From: Bryobacteraceae bacterium
Lineage (GTDB): Bacteria; Acidobacteriota; Terriglobia; Bryobacterales; Bryobacteraceae
DNA: 64,000 bases
Assembly: GCA_041394885.1 (NCBI GenBank)
Contig: JAWKHI010000018.1
Coordinates: 48,754 to 112,753 of the forward strand
Reading direction: 5' to 3'
Part shown: in pieces, positions 10,206-18,413 of the stretch
Layout: every line of letters begins with the position of its first letter
Position numbering within the stretch: the first letter of the stretch is position 1
Program-made: the position numbers and the translations under genes
Notes under the pieces: generated by a model
Databases searched by the model: none
What the model was told of the DNA's origin: nothing
Seen by the model: the letters and a program-made list of their open reading frames with translations, nothing else

Positions 10206-10517
10206 ATGACGAGCCTTATATTGAGGTCCGCGATCGCCGGCTTCGTGCTTGCCACGATCGGACTCGCCGCCGACGCGGCTTCGATCGAGAAGGGCCGGGC
10301 AGAAGAAAAACGGTCCTGTCTGGCTTGCCACGGGGCACGCCTGATTCACTCGCAGCGCCTTTCCCGCGCCGTGTGGGGACGCGAGTTGGACAAGATGGCC
10401 CGATGGGGACCCGCGGCCGCAGACCGCGAGGCCCTGCTCGACTATCTGGTGGCCAATTACGGGGACGATAAGCCGGTGCCGGAACCACCCCGCTCCGGCG
10501 ACGGCACAAAGCGCTAA
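10206..10517 (+). CDS. monoheme c-type cytochrome (SorB-like partner)
   Basis: 103-aa ORF with a signal/TM segment and the heme motif CLACHG. Starts 1 nt after the SorA-like stop. Confidence 0.75.
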   Translation: MTSLILRSAIAGFVLATIGLAADAASIEKGRAEEKRSCLACHGARLIHSQRLSRAVWGRELDKMARWGPAAADREALLDYLVANYGDDKPVPEPPRSGDGTKR

Positions 10518-10615
10518 TCACGGTTGAGCGGGGAGTTTTCACCGATCGTAACGAAAACGTCAGCTTTCTGACGTTGTGTCGAAACCTTGGTGTCATACAC
10601 TCCTTTCTTTCAACC

Positions 10616-12478
10616 ATGCGCAAAACCATTCTGTTTTTCTCGCTAGCATCGGTCTGCCTGCACGCGCAGGTCAAGGTGAATTTTCTGGGGGCCTATGCCG
10701 GCGGCGGCGCCGCGGCCTCTGAGATTTCCGCCTACGACCCTGGATCGCGCCGGACCTTCGTCACCAACGGCGCCACCAAGAAGATCGACATCCTCGATGT
10801 GTCCAATCCCACCGCGCCCACCAAGGCCGGTGAGATTACGATTCCGTCGCAGTTCGGCGACGCGCCCAACAGCGTGGCGGTGCGCAACGGCGTAGTCGCC
10901 GTGGCAATGGCCGCCTCGCCCACCCAGAACCCCGGCTACGCCGTTTTCTTCGATGCCCAAGGCCGGCTGCTCAGCGGCGTGCAAGTGGGCGCGCTACCGG
11001 ACATGATCACCTTCACCCCCGACGGCAAGTACGTCCTGGTGGCCAATGAAGGCGAACCGAACGATTCCTACTCGATCGACCCGGAAGGCTCGGTCAGCAT
11101 CATCGACCTCGCCAACGGCGCCGCAAACCTGACGAACGCCGATGTGGCCACCGCGGACTTCAAGGCTTTCACCAAGAACAACATCGACCCGCGCATCCGC
11201 ATCTTCGGACCCAACGCCACCGTCGCGCAGGACCTCGAGCCCGAGTACATCGCCGTGTCGCCGGACTCGAAAACCGCCTGGGTTTCGCTTCAGGAAAACA
11301 ACGCATTCGCCATTATCGACATCGCCGCGAAGAAGGTCACCCGCCTCGTCGCGCTCGGCTTCAAGGACCACAGCGCGGCCGGCAACGGCCTCGACCCGTC
11401 TGACCGTGACGGCGGCATCAAGATTGCCCGCTGGCCCGTGCTCGGCATGTACATGCCCGACGCTATCGGCACATTTACCACTCGCGGAGTCACCTATCTG
11501 ATCAGCGCCAACGAGGGAGATACGCGCGACTACGCCGGGTTCAGCGAAGAAGCTCGCGTATCGTCACTCAAGCTCAGCCCCCGCGTGTTCCCCAATGCGA
11601 AGGATCTGCAGGCCAACGGCGCGCTCGGACGCCTCACGGTCAGCAACGCTTCCGGCGACGACGCCGGCGACGGGGTCTACGAGAGCATCATGCTTCCTGG
11701 CGCCCGTTCGTTTTCGATCTGGAGCACCGATGGGCAGTTGGTGTTCGATAGCGGTGACCGGTTCGAGCAAGTGACCGCGCGCGCCGTGCCCAAGGCGTTC
11801 AACTCCAACGGCGCCGAGGACACCTTTGACACCCGCAGCGACAACAAGGGACCCGAGCCCGAGGGCGTGGTCACGGCGACCATCGGAGACCAGACGTTCG
11901 CCTTTATCTCGCTCGAACGCACCGGCGGCTTCTTCGTGTATGAAGTGACCGACCCGCGCCGCGCCGAATTCATCCGCTATGTCGCCCCCCGCGCCGGGGC
12001 CGACGGCAAACCGCTCGACGTCTCGCCGGAAGGCATCGCCTACGTGGCCGCGGCGGACAGCCCCAACGGAAAGCCGATGCTGATCCTGTCCCACGAAGTG
12101 AGCGGCACCACGTCGTTCTACGAGTTCGCCGTAACTCCCGAAGTAACTTCGCGTGTGGAAGTAACTAACTTCGGAGTGGTGACCGCTTCCGGCGCAGGCC
12201 CGTTCGGCCAGGTTCAGCGGACCTACAAAGCCGCGATGAACGTCCGGAACACCACGGCGGACACCATCGCGGGGCCGCTGCAACTCGTCTTCACCGGGCT
12301 TCCAGCGGGCGTGACCGTGGCGGGCTCCACCACCAGCATCGAAGCCGGGCAGGTGCTCGCGATTCCCGGCGTTTCGTCGCTCGGCGGCGGCGCTTCGCAG
12401 AACTTCACCGTGGAGTTCGACAATCCCGCCGGCGCGGCGATTACGTTCGGTGCGCGGGTCTATAGCGGGAGCTTCTAG
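10616..12478 (+). CDS. secreted choice-of-anchor-I-like beta-propeller protein
   Basis: Lies in ORF 10574..12478. ATG 10616 gives the signal peptide MRKTILFFSLASVCLHAQ. GALPDMITFTPDGKYVLVANEGEPNDSYSIDPEGSVSIIDL matches my recollection of that family. Confidence 0.6.
   Translation: MRKTILFFSLASVCLHAQVKVNFLGAYAGGGAAASEISAYDPGSRRTFVTNGATKKIDILDVSNPTAPTKAGEITIPSQFGDAPNSVAVRNGVVAVAMAASPTQNPGYAVFFDAQGRLLSGVQVGALPDMITFTPDGKYVLVANEGEPNDSYSIDPEGSVSIIDLANGAANLTNADVATADFKAFTKNNIDPRIRIFGPNATVAQDLEPEYIAVSPDSKTAWVSLQENNAFAIIDIAAKKVTRLVALGFKDHSAAGNGLDPSDRDGGIKIARWPVLGMYMPDAIGTFTTRGVTYLISANEGDTRDYAGFSEEARVSSLKLSPRVFPNAKDLQANGALGRLTVSNASGDDAGDGVYESIMLPGARSFSIWSTDGQLVFDSGDRFEQVTARAVPKAFNSNGAEDTFDTRSDNKGPEPEGVVTATIGDQTFAFISLERTGGFFVYEVTDPRRAEFIRYVAPRAGADGKPLDVSPEGIAYVAAADSPNGKPMLILSHEVSGTTSFYEFAVTPEVTSRVEVTNFGVVTASGAGPFGQVQRTYKAAMNVRNTTADTIAGPLQLVFTGLPAGVTVAGSTTSIEAGQVLAIPGVSSLGGGASQNFTVEFDNPAGAAITFGARVYSGSF
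12421..12478. repeat. direct repeat copy 1 (the last 19 codons of the 10616..12478 gene, including the TAG stop)
   Basis: 54 of 58 nt are identical to 13197..13254 by hand alignment. Confidence 0.9.
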
Positions 12479-12497
12479 ACAGAGGGTGCGAGGTCGG

Positions 12498-12908
12498 TCA
12501 GGCGGTGAGTGTCCGCGGGCTTACCGCGATGTCCGGAAAAGCACGCAGTACGCCCCCGTCGAAGGTGATGAGTGGGCAGCGTTCACGAACGGCGAGTTCG
12601 ACGAAGAGAGTGTCATAGACGGCCACACCGGACTGAACGGAGCGGATGAGGGCGCCTGGGCCGAGAGGAGAGATGCTGGCGGACTCGATGCCCAGGCGCC
12701 GCGCGAGCCGAAGGCGAACCTGACCTTCGTCATGGGAGAAAGCGCCAGTCCGGACGGCCATCCAAACGACGCTGGCCAATTCAGCCTCCCAATGGGCCGG
12801 CGCGATCGGGTTGGAGATGGCGCGCAAAGCCACGCTGGCTACGCCGGCGAACTGCTCGACTCCCAGCAGATGGTACGCCACTACGTTCGTGTCGACGATG
12901 GCTTTCAC
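12498..12908 (-). CDS. vapC: PIN-domain toxin VapC
   Basis: Lies in ORF 12498..12974. The GTG start at 12908 overlaps the antitoxin stop (GTGA). VKAIVDTNVVAYHLLG plus later acidic residues are typical of PIN domains. Confidence 0.8.
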   Translation of the reverse strand: MKAIVDTNVVAYHLLGVEQFAGVASVALRAISNPIAPAHWEAELASVVWMAVRTGAFSHDEGQVRLRLARRLGIESASISPLGPGALIRSVQSGVAVYDTLFVELAVRERCPLITFDGGVLRAFPDIAVSPRTLTA

Positions 12909-13132
12909 GACCGGCCGGCGTTGATCCAGGCGTCGACTTCGGCGGCGGTCGGGCGGCGGGCCTGCTTCGGCCACGAGGCTTCGATCCGATCCAGAATGGA
13001 CTCGCGTTCGGCGGTATGGTCGGCGAGGATGTCCCTCACTTCCTGTTCCATCGAACAGCCATGGCGGCGTGCCAACGCCTTGAGCCGGTTGACGACATCG
13101 GCGGGCACGCCTCTTATGGTCAAATTCGGCAT
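12905..13132 (-). CDS. vapB: ribbon-helix-helix (FitA/Arc-like) antitoxin VapB
   Basis: 75 aa. MPNLTIRGVPADVVNRLKALARRHGCSMEQEVRDIL is the classic RHH antitoxin N-terminus. Coupled by 4 nt to vapC. Confidence 0.8.
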   Translation of the reverse strand: MPNLTIRGVPADVVNRLKALARRHGCSMEQEVRDILADHTAERESILDRIEASWPKQARRPTAAEVDAWINAGRS

Positions 13133-13140
13133 GATTGCAG

Positions 13141-13178
13141 TGCTAGCAACATGCTAGCATGTGCTCGCCCGATGCCAA
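13141..13178 (-). promoter_or_regulatory. candidate vapBC promoter with two 8-bp palindromes (operator-like)
   Basis: TGCTAGCA occurs at 13141..13148 and 13152..13159, 11 bp apart. Read on the minus strand: TTGGCA (13178..13173), a 16-nt spacer, then TAGCAT (13156..13151). This lies 9-46 nt upstream of the vapB ATG. Confidence 0.45.
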
Positions 13179-13196
13179 CCGAGCGGTAGCGCTCGC

Positions 13197-13254
13197 CAAT
13201 CCCGGCGGCGCGGCGATTCCGTTCGGTGCGCGGGTCTACAGCGGGAGCTTCCAG
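13197..13254. repeat. direct repeat copy 2 (relic of the 3' end of the choice-of-anchor-like gene; the stop has changed TAG to CAG)
   Basis: Translates as NPGGAAIPFGARVYSGSFQ versus NPAGAAITFGARVYSGSF* in copy 1. Confidence 0.9.
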
Positions 13255-13272
13255 GGAACGCGCCCTCCGCGC

Positions 13273-13530
13273 CTAGGACTCGACGCGGGCTTCCGGCACG
13301 CCAGGGCGGGACTGAGCCAGCAGAGCGGCGCCCCGCGGCGTCACCCGGATCAGGGAGACGCCGCCCGCGTCCTCTTCCCGCACCAGTCCGCGTTCATTCG
13401 CCTCTTCCCAAACCGGCAGCTTCGGGCAGGACGTGCGCCAGGCATCCATGACTTCTTCGTAGGATCTGTCGCGCCGGGCCAGCCACTCGAGCAGGTCCAG
13501 GATCAGGGGTTCGACGATGTCGCCGGACAT
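13273..13530 (-). CDS. small hypothetical protein (85 aa)
   Basis: Internal ATG at 13530 of ORF 13273..13689, 14 nt downstream of the hydrolase stop. MSGDIVEPLILDLLEWLARRDRSYEEVMDAW has protein-like composition. The upstream part of the ORF is R-rich antisense-type sequence. Confidence 0.5.
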   Translation of the reverse strand: MSGDIVEPLILDLLEWLARRDRSYEEVMDAWRTSCPKLPVWEEANERGLVREEDAGGVSLIRVTPRGAALLAQSRPGVPEARVES

Positions 13531-13544
13531 CGGGATCCAGCCCT

Positions 13545-14345
13545 CTAGGGAAGCAGCCCGCCCCGCTTCATCCAATCGGCGAGCCGCGCTGTCCACTCGT
13601 CGCAGGACTTGCCCTTCTTGTTCATCCCGAACCCGTGCCCGCCGTCGACGAACACGTGCCCTTCGGCGGGGACTTTGGCCTTCTTCCAATCCATCACCAG
13701 TTGAGCGGCGCCGTTCACCATCATGTCGCGATCGTCGTAGGCGACGGCGGTGAACAATGGCGGGGCGTCCGCCGGCACCGTGTAGCCGGGCGGGGGCGCG
13801 GCGTAGATGGGAGCGGCGAAGTCTGGACGCGACGCCGCGTCATATTGCGTGGCTGCCCCGATGGCCACCCATCCGCCGGCCGAAAAGCCGACAATGCCGA
13901 TCCGCTCCGGATCGAGCTTCCAATCCTTGGCGCGCTCGCGGACCGTCTTCACCGCGAGCAGCCCGTCTTCGACGGCGGCTTTGCGGCCCGCCGCGCGATC
14001 GGGCATCGTGACACGATACCGCAGCACGAACGCGGTGACGCCCATCCCGTTCATCCACTTGGCCACGTCGCGCCCCTCGTGCTCGATTGCCAGGATGTTG
14101 AAGCCGCCGCCGGGCGCGATCACCACCGCCGTCCCGTTGGGCGACGCCGCCGGGTAGACTTCGAGCACGGGACGCTGCACCTTGCGCACCCAGCGCTCGC
14201 TGTCGCTCTTCACGTGCTGGTTGCCGGCCTCCGGTTTGTACCATTCCTCGCCGGCCGGCAGGTCTGGACGGAGTACGATTTCTTGAGCGGCGGGGGCAAG
14301 CATGGGGGCGAGCATGGGTATGAGGAGCAGGAACGCGAGTCTCAT
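13545..14345 (-). CDS. secreted alpha/beta hydrolase (esterase/lipase-type)
   Basis: Signal peptide MRLAFLLLIPMLAPMLAPAAQ, nucleophile elbow GFSAGG, and a late DGGHGF histidine motif. Confidence 0.8.
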   Translation of the reverse strand: MRLAFLLLIPMLAPMLAPAAQEIVLRPDLPAGEEWYKPEAGNQHVKSDSERWVRKVQRPVLEVYPAASPNGTAVVIAPGGGFNILAIEHEGRDVAKWMNGMGVTAFVLRYRVTMPDRAAGRKAAVEDGLLAVKTVRERAKDWKLDPERIGIVGFSAGGWVAIGAATQYDAASRPDFAAPIYAAPPPGYTVPADAPPLFTAVAYDDRDMMVNGAAQLVMDWKKAKVPAEGHVFVDGGHGFGMNKKGKSCDEWTARLADWMKRGGLLP

Positions 14346-14378
14346 GACAGCCTATATTCTACAGGTTCGAGTCCAGGA

Positions 14379-14783
14379 TCAACTGGCCGAAAGCACTTCG
14401 AATCCCCGCCCGCCGCGTAGAGCGCGGGCAAACGTCACAGTGGACGCCGCTCCGGCGCGCGCATTGGCTCGTCCGATATAGTAATCCGCAAAGTCACCGC
14501 GGCCGCCGGTCCAGTCCCCGAATGCTTGCCAGACCGTCTCCTTGTCCACGACTTCGAATTGCGCCGTTCGCAAGATACGTTCGATGACGGTGTTGATGTC
14601 GCCCTTGCGGAATCCATAGCAGTCTTCCAATACCCAGATCAGTTCGCAGATCACCACCGGCTGGATCACCAGGCGCACGCCCGACTCAGCCGCTTGCCCG
14701 ATCACCCGATTCGCCTGGGCAGCCTGCCGCGGGTCATCCTGCGTCAGGTACCGGACGAGGACGTTGGTGTCCAGGCCTTTCAC
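14379..14783 (-). CDS. vapC: PIN-domain toxin (VapC family)
   Basis: MKGLDTNVLVRYLTQDD has the canonical PIN N-terminus. 134 aa. Overlaps the upstream antitoxin by 4 nt. Confidence 0.85.
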   Translation of the reverse strand: MKGLDTNVLVRYLTQDDPRQAAQANRVIGQAAESGVRLVIQPVVICELIWVLEDCYGFRKGDINTVIERILRTAQFEVVDKETVWQAFGDWTGGRGDFADYYIGRANARAGAASTVTFARALRGGRGFEVLSAS

Positions 14784-15040
14784 CCCTTCCGTCCACGGGC
14801 CTTCGCGCCCGCCCGCCGCCGGACCGCCTCATGCATCGTCTCCACCGGCACCGCCGCCTGGCCCGAACGCGCAAGCGCTCCCTGCAAGCTACGGACATCC
14901 ACCTTCGCCGGGCGGATCTGCACGTCGCCGCTATCGAGCACCACGAAATCGAGTTGGTCCCCCGGGTGGAGTCCGAGGTGGTCGCGGATCGGCTTTGGGA
15001 TCACCAGTTGGCCCTTCACCGTCAGTGTTGCGGTATGCAT
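14780..15040 (-). CDS. AbrB/MazE/SpoVT-type antitoxin
   Basis: LTVKGQLVIPKPIRDHLGLHPGDQLDFVV is the swapped-hairpin AbrB-fold signature. Confidence 0.8.
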   Translation of the reverse strand: MHTATLTVKGQLVIPKPIRDHLGLHPGDQLDFVVLDSGDVQIRPAKVDVRSLQGALARSGQAAVPVETMHEAVRRRAGAKARGRKG

Positions 15041-15166
15041 CGTCTTACCAATTTTGTATTTTCTTACTTTATCGTATTACATTCGCCTGGCGTTCGGCGA
15101 TCCTCTTCGATCGCTGGCCACCGATCCGACGGCGAATCGCCAGAGAGCTGATAACATTGACTAACT

Positions 15167-17755
15167 ATGTCTTCGGAGCGCGACTCGGTCACGTTACTGC
15201 ACCTGTCCGACACTCAGTTCGGGCGTAACCACCGGTTCGGCAATCTTGGCGTAACTCCTCAGGATGGTGCGTTCGATACCTTGTTCAAGCGGCTGGAAAT
15301 CGATCTGGCGGGGCTGAAGAAAGAGCACGACGTCGTGCCGGAAGCCGTGGTGGTGACCGGCGATCTGGCGGAGTGGGGCCGGACGAGCGAGGTCCAGGAC
15401 GTTCTCGAGTTCCTGGCGCGGCTTTCGGATCCGCTGGGCGTTCCACGGTCGCACGTGGCGATCGTTCCGGGGAACCACGACATCAATCGCGCCAACTGCA
15501 CGGCGTACTTTGCAGAATGCGAGGGCAACGAGACCAAGCCCATGCCGCCCTATTGGCCGAAGTGGAAGCATTACGCGTGGATGTTCGAGGAGTTTTATCG
15601 CGGTGTCGACGGCGTGTCGTTCCGGGAAGGCGAGCCGTGGACGCTTTGGGAGATGCCGGAACTTCGGCTGGTGGTGGCCGGACTGAATTCGACGATGGTG
15701 GAGAGCCATGTTGACGGCACCCACTACGGATGGGCGGGCGAAGCCCAATTGCGGTGGTTCCATGAGCGCATGGACCGGTATGAACGCGCCGCATGGACGC
15801 GGCTGGGGTTGATCCATCACAACGTGCTGCGCAAGGCCGTGGACGACGATGAAAACCTGCACGATGCAGAGAAGCTCGAACAGATACTTGCCCCGTCGCT
15901 CGATCTTCTTCTGCACGGGCACACCCACAACGGCAAGATGGGACGGCTGGACAAGCTCCCGGTGCTGTCCACGGGAAGCACGGCGTTGCAGTCCGGCCAG
16001 CGGCCGGCGGAGGTGCCGAATCAATATCAGTGCCTGCGGCTGTCGGCGGATGGGATCGAGCGTTGGACGCGTGGGTACGATCCGCAGCGGGGCGACTGGA
16101 TCGGCGACAATCGGTCTTCGCGGCGCGGCGGCGAGTGGTTCACGAAAGAGAAGGTAGCGTTTCCGGCGTTTGGGAACTCCAGCGCGCCCGCGCCGCCCAA
16201 GCCGCTGCACGACCCTCGCCGGTACATCCAGGCGCTACTCGAGGAGACCTCCTACATCGACGTGCAGGGGCTGAAGTTCGGCGACAACCGGGCGTATCAA
16301 TTCGCCATCGAGGAGTTCTATATCCCGTTGACGACGTCCGCGGGCAGCGCGCAAACTGGCGACAAGCCGGAAGCATCGCGCGAACGCGAGGTCCCGTTAG
16401 TGGACGCGCTCCGGTCGCATCGCAAGCTGCTGGTGGTGGGCGACCCGGGTTCCGGCAAGAGCACGTTCCTGAAACGAGTGACGCACCAGATGTGCCGCGA
16501 ATATGGCGACGCCGCGCCGCTGCCGGTGGCGATGGGCGCGGCGGCGCTGGCCGGCCATATCGCGCTGCATCATGGGAAAGACGGTCCGGCTGAGCGGTGG
16601 TCCCCGGACTGGATTCCGCTGTACGCGGCAGCGCATTGCGCGGAGCGCAACCGGGGCCTGGACGCGGAATACTTTCGGGAGAGACTGAAGTCCGGCGGCT
16701 GTCACGTGCTGATCGACGGATTGGACGAGACTCCGGACGAAGCGTCGCGCGTGAACATGGCGCACCTGATTCGCGATGCGGCGGCGGCGTTCGACGGGTG
16801 CCGGTTCGTGGTGACGTCGCGCCCGGAGGGGAAGGTGGCGATACGCGGCTTCGAGGAAGCTCTGATCGGGGAGGTGCAGCCGGCGGAAATGCTGGCGTAC
16901 CTCGAGAAACTGGCAAGGCATCTGTACGCCAGCGATCCGGTGAAGGAGACGAGGTTTCGCCAGGATCTGGCGGCGGCCGTGAACGGGCGTCGCGAGATCC
17001 GGAAGATGACGCGGAATCCGGTGATGCTGACGGCGCTGGCGGTGCTGCAACACAACGAAGTGAAGCTGCCGGAGAATCGGGTGGATCTGTACGGGTCCAT
17101 TCTGGAGTGGCTGTCGAAGCAGCGAGCGAGGAAGGACCGTTTGCCGGCCACCGAGTGCCTGTTGCGGCTGCGGGAGTTGGCGCTGGCGATGCAGGATCAT
17201 GAGGACGGCCGCCAGAAGCAGGCGCCGGTGGCCTGGGCGGGCGAGACTCTGGCTCGGCACTTCGGGAATCGCGAAAGGGCGGAGCGGTTCCTGCGCGCCG
17301 AGCAGGCCGATAGCGGGATCGTGGTGAGCCGTGGAACCGACATCGCTTATTGGCACCTGACGTTTCAGGAGTATCTGGCGGCGCTCGAGATTGCGGGATG
17401 GGAGGACGGCGATCAGCACGCGCTCATCCTGGGCGGGGAGCCGGCGGCCAGGGCCGCGCTCCTTAACGCCCCAAAAAATTCCCGCCTGATCCAGCCCCCC
17501 GCATCGCGTCAAACGGCCGGCGTGATAGTCGCCGCACAACTTGCGAAGACGCCGGCGGAAGCGGACTACATTGGCGCGTGCCAGCCGGGCGTGCGTGGGG
17601 AACAGGCGGAATCCGAGGAACGGGAACCCGTCGCAGCAGCGGTAGACACGGCTCTTACCGGGGTGCAGCGTAAGGCGCAACCCGTAAAGGAATTCGCGAT
17701 CCGATCGTGCATGTCGTTGAGTTGCGGCTTGCTATCGGCGAACAGGAGAAGGTGA
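15167..17755 (+). CDS. metallophosphoesterase-NACHT (STAND NTPase) protein; recognisable sequence ends near 17440 and the last ~105 codons of the ORF read antisense through an RT fragment
   Basis: All five calcineurin-like motifs are present: LHLSDTQFG, VTGDLAEWG, VPGNHD, LIHHNVL, LHGHTHNG. Then Walker A VVGDPGSGKST, a Walker B-like HVLIDGLDE and a NACHT-type helical region. Confidence 0.75.
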   Translation: MSSERDSVTLLHLSDTQFGRNHRFGNLGVTPQDGAFDTLFKRLEIDLAGLKKEHDVVPEAVVVTGDLAEWGRTSEVQDVLEFLARLSDPLGVPRSHVAIVPGNHDINRANCTAYFAECEGNETKPMPPYWPKWKHYAWMFEEFYRGVDGVSFREGEPWTLWEMPELRLVVAGLNSTMVESHVDGTHYGWAGEAQLRWFHERMDRYERAAWTRLGLIHHNVLRKAVDDDENLHDAEKLEQILAPSLDLLLHGHTHNGKMGRLDKLPVLSTGSTALQSGQRPAEVPNQYQCLRLSADGIERWTRGYDPQRGDWIGDNRSSRRGGEWFTKEKVAFPAFGNSSAPAPPKPLHDPRRYIQALLEETSYIDVQGLKFGDNRAYQFAIEEFYIPLTTSAGSAQTGDKPEASREREVPLVDALRSHRKLLVVGDPGSGKSTFLKRVTHQMCREYGDAAPLPVAMGAAALAGHIALHHGKDGPAERWSPDWIPLYAAAHCAERNRGLDAEYFRERLKSGGCHVLIDGLDETPDEASRVNMAHLIRDAAAAFDGCRFVVTSRPEGKVAIRGFEEALIGEVQPAEMLAYLEKLARHLYASDPVKETRFRQDLAAAVNGRREIRKMTRNPVMLTALAVLQHNEVKLPENRVDLYGSILEWLSKQRARKDRLPATECLLRLRELALAMQDHEDGRQKQAPVAWAGETLARHFGNRERAERFLRAEQADSGIVVSRGTDIAYWHLTFQEYLAALEIAGWEDGDQHALILGGEPAARAALLNAPKNSRLIQPPASRQTAGVIVAAQLAKTPAEADYIGACQPGVRGEQAESEEREPVAAAVDTALTGVQRKAQPVKEFAIRSCMSLSCGLLSANRRR
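17470..17751 (-). pseudogene. C-terminal fragment of a DGR-type reverse transcriptase (starts just after the YxDD box; one frameshift near 17685)
   Basis: Two frames in the ORF track join as LLLFADSKPQLNDMHDRIANSFTG / LRLTLHPGKSRVYRCCDGFPFLGFRLFPTHARLARANVVRFRRRLRKL. The lower boundary is uncertain (17440-17505). Confidence 0.65.
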
Positions 17756-17790
17756 GTGGGCCCGGGGAATCTCACCCCGAGCCCCTCGCA

Positions 17791-17824
17791 GAACCGTACG
17801 TGAGCGTCTCCGCTCATACGGCTC
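17791..17824 (-). ncRNA. group II intron domain V
   Basis: The minus strand reads GAGCCGTATGAGCG-GAGA-CGCTCACGTACGGTTC. It has the AGC catalytic triad, a 2-nt AC bulge, a GNRA tetraloop and is 34 nt long. Confidence 0.85.
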
Positions 17825-18390
17825 CCATCACAGAACCGCGTCTTTCTCCCATATGCCAGTGCGCCCACAACTTCGGATCGCGTCTCGAGATCGTCGCGAT
17901 CCATTGCGCCGCCCTCCGCATTTGCCGCCTGAGGCTCTTGTACTTCCTTGAGGCCCAGCGCGCCAGCGTTCGGTCCAGTTACTTCATCGCCGGATACAGT
18001 GCCGAGCGGTAATACCGCCCGTAGTATTGGATCCACCCTCGAACCACCGGGTGAACATCCGGGACAGATCGTCCAGATCCTTGTCGCTGCGCAGATGCAG
18101 CTTCCAGCTCCGGATCTCTGCCCGAATCTTCCGGACCGCTTTATCCGACACGGCCGGACTGAAGTTGACGAAGTACTTCCCCTTCCAGTTCTTCGATCTC
18201 CGAGGCCGAAATGTGTACCCCAGAAAATCGAACTTCTCGTGCAGGTATGTCCTTCGCCGGTCATCATCCTTGCAATAGACGATCTTCGTCTTGTCCGGAT
18301 GTAGCTCCAGCCGGCAATCTCGCATCCGCGCTTCCAGTTCTCCCTGCGACGTGTTGGAGAATAACTCCGGCTGGCAGGCATTAGGTACAA
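17814..18390 (-). pseudogene. group II intron-encoded reverse transcriptase/maturase remnant (5'-truncated, one frameshift, one in-frame TAA)
   Basis: RLELHPDKTKIVYCKDDDRRRTYLHEKFDFLGYTFRPR...DLSRMF, then a frame change to NPVVRGWIQYYGRYYRSALYPAMK*LDRTLARWASRKYKSLR...DPKLWAHW. The TAA is at 17979..17981. Confidence 0.8.
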
Positions 18391-18413
18391 TCACGGTTCC
18401 ATAGGAGGCAAAT

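Larger units (their letters stand above)
17752..18395 (-). mobile_element. group II intron, 3' portion only (IEP remnant, domain V, domain VI); 5'-truncated
   Basis: Maturase-type sequence, a canonical domain V, and a domain VI helix with a bulged A at 17757 located 5 nt before a ...CAC 3' end. The upper boundary is set by loss of RT homology near 18375-18395. Confidence 0.8.

Noticed and set aside
17440-17755. The C-terminal ~105 codons of the 862-aa NACHT ORF.
   Set aside because: The sequence there (…AARAALLNAPKNSRLIQPPASRQ…) is the antisense of the RT fragment and has no NACHT-family character. I treat it as fortuitous read-through after a truncation.
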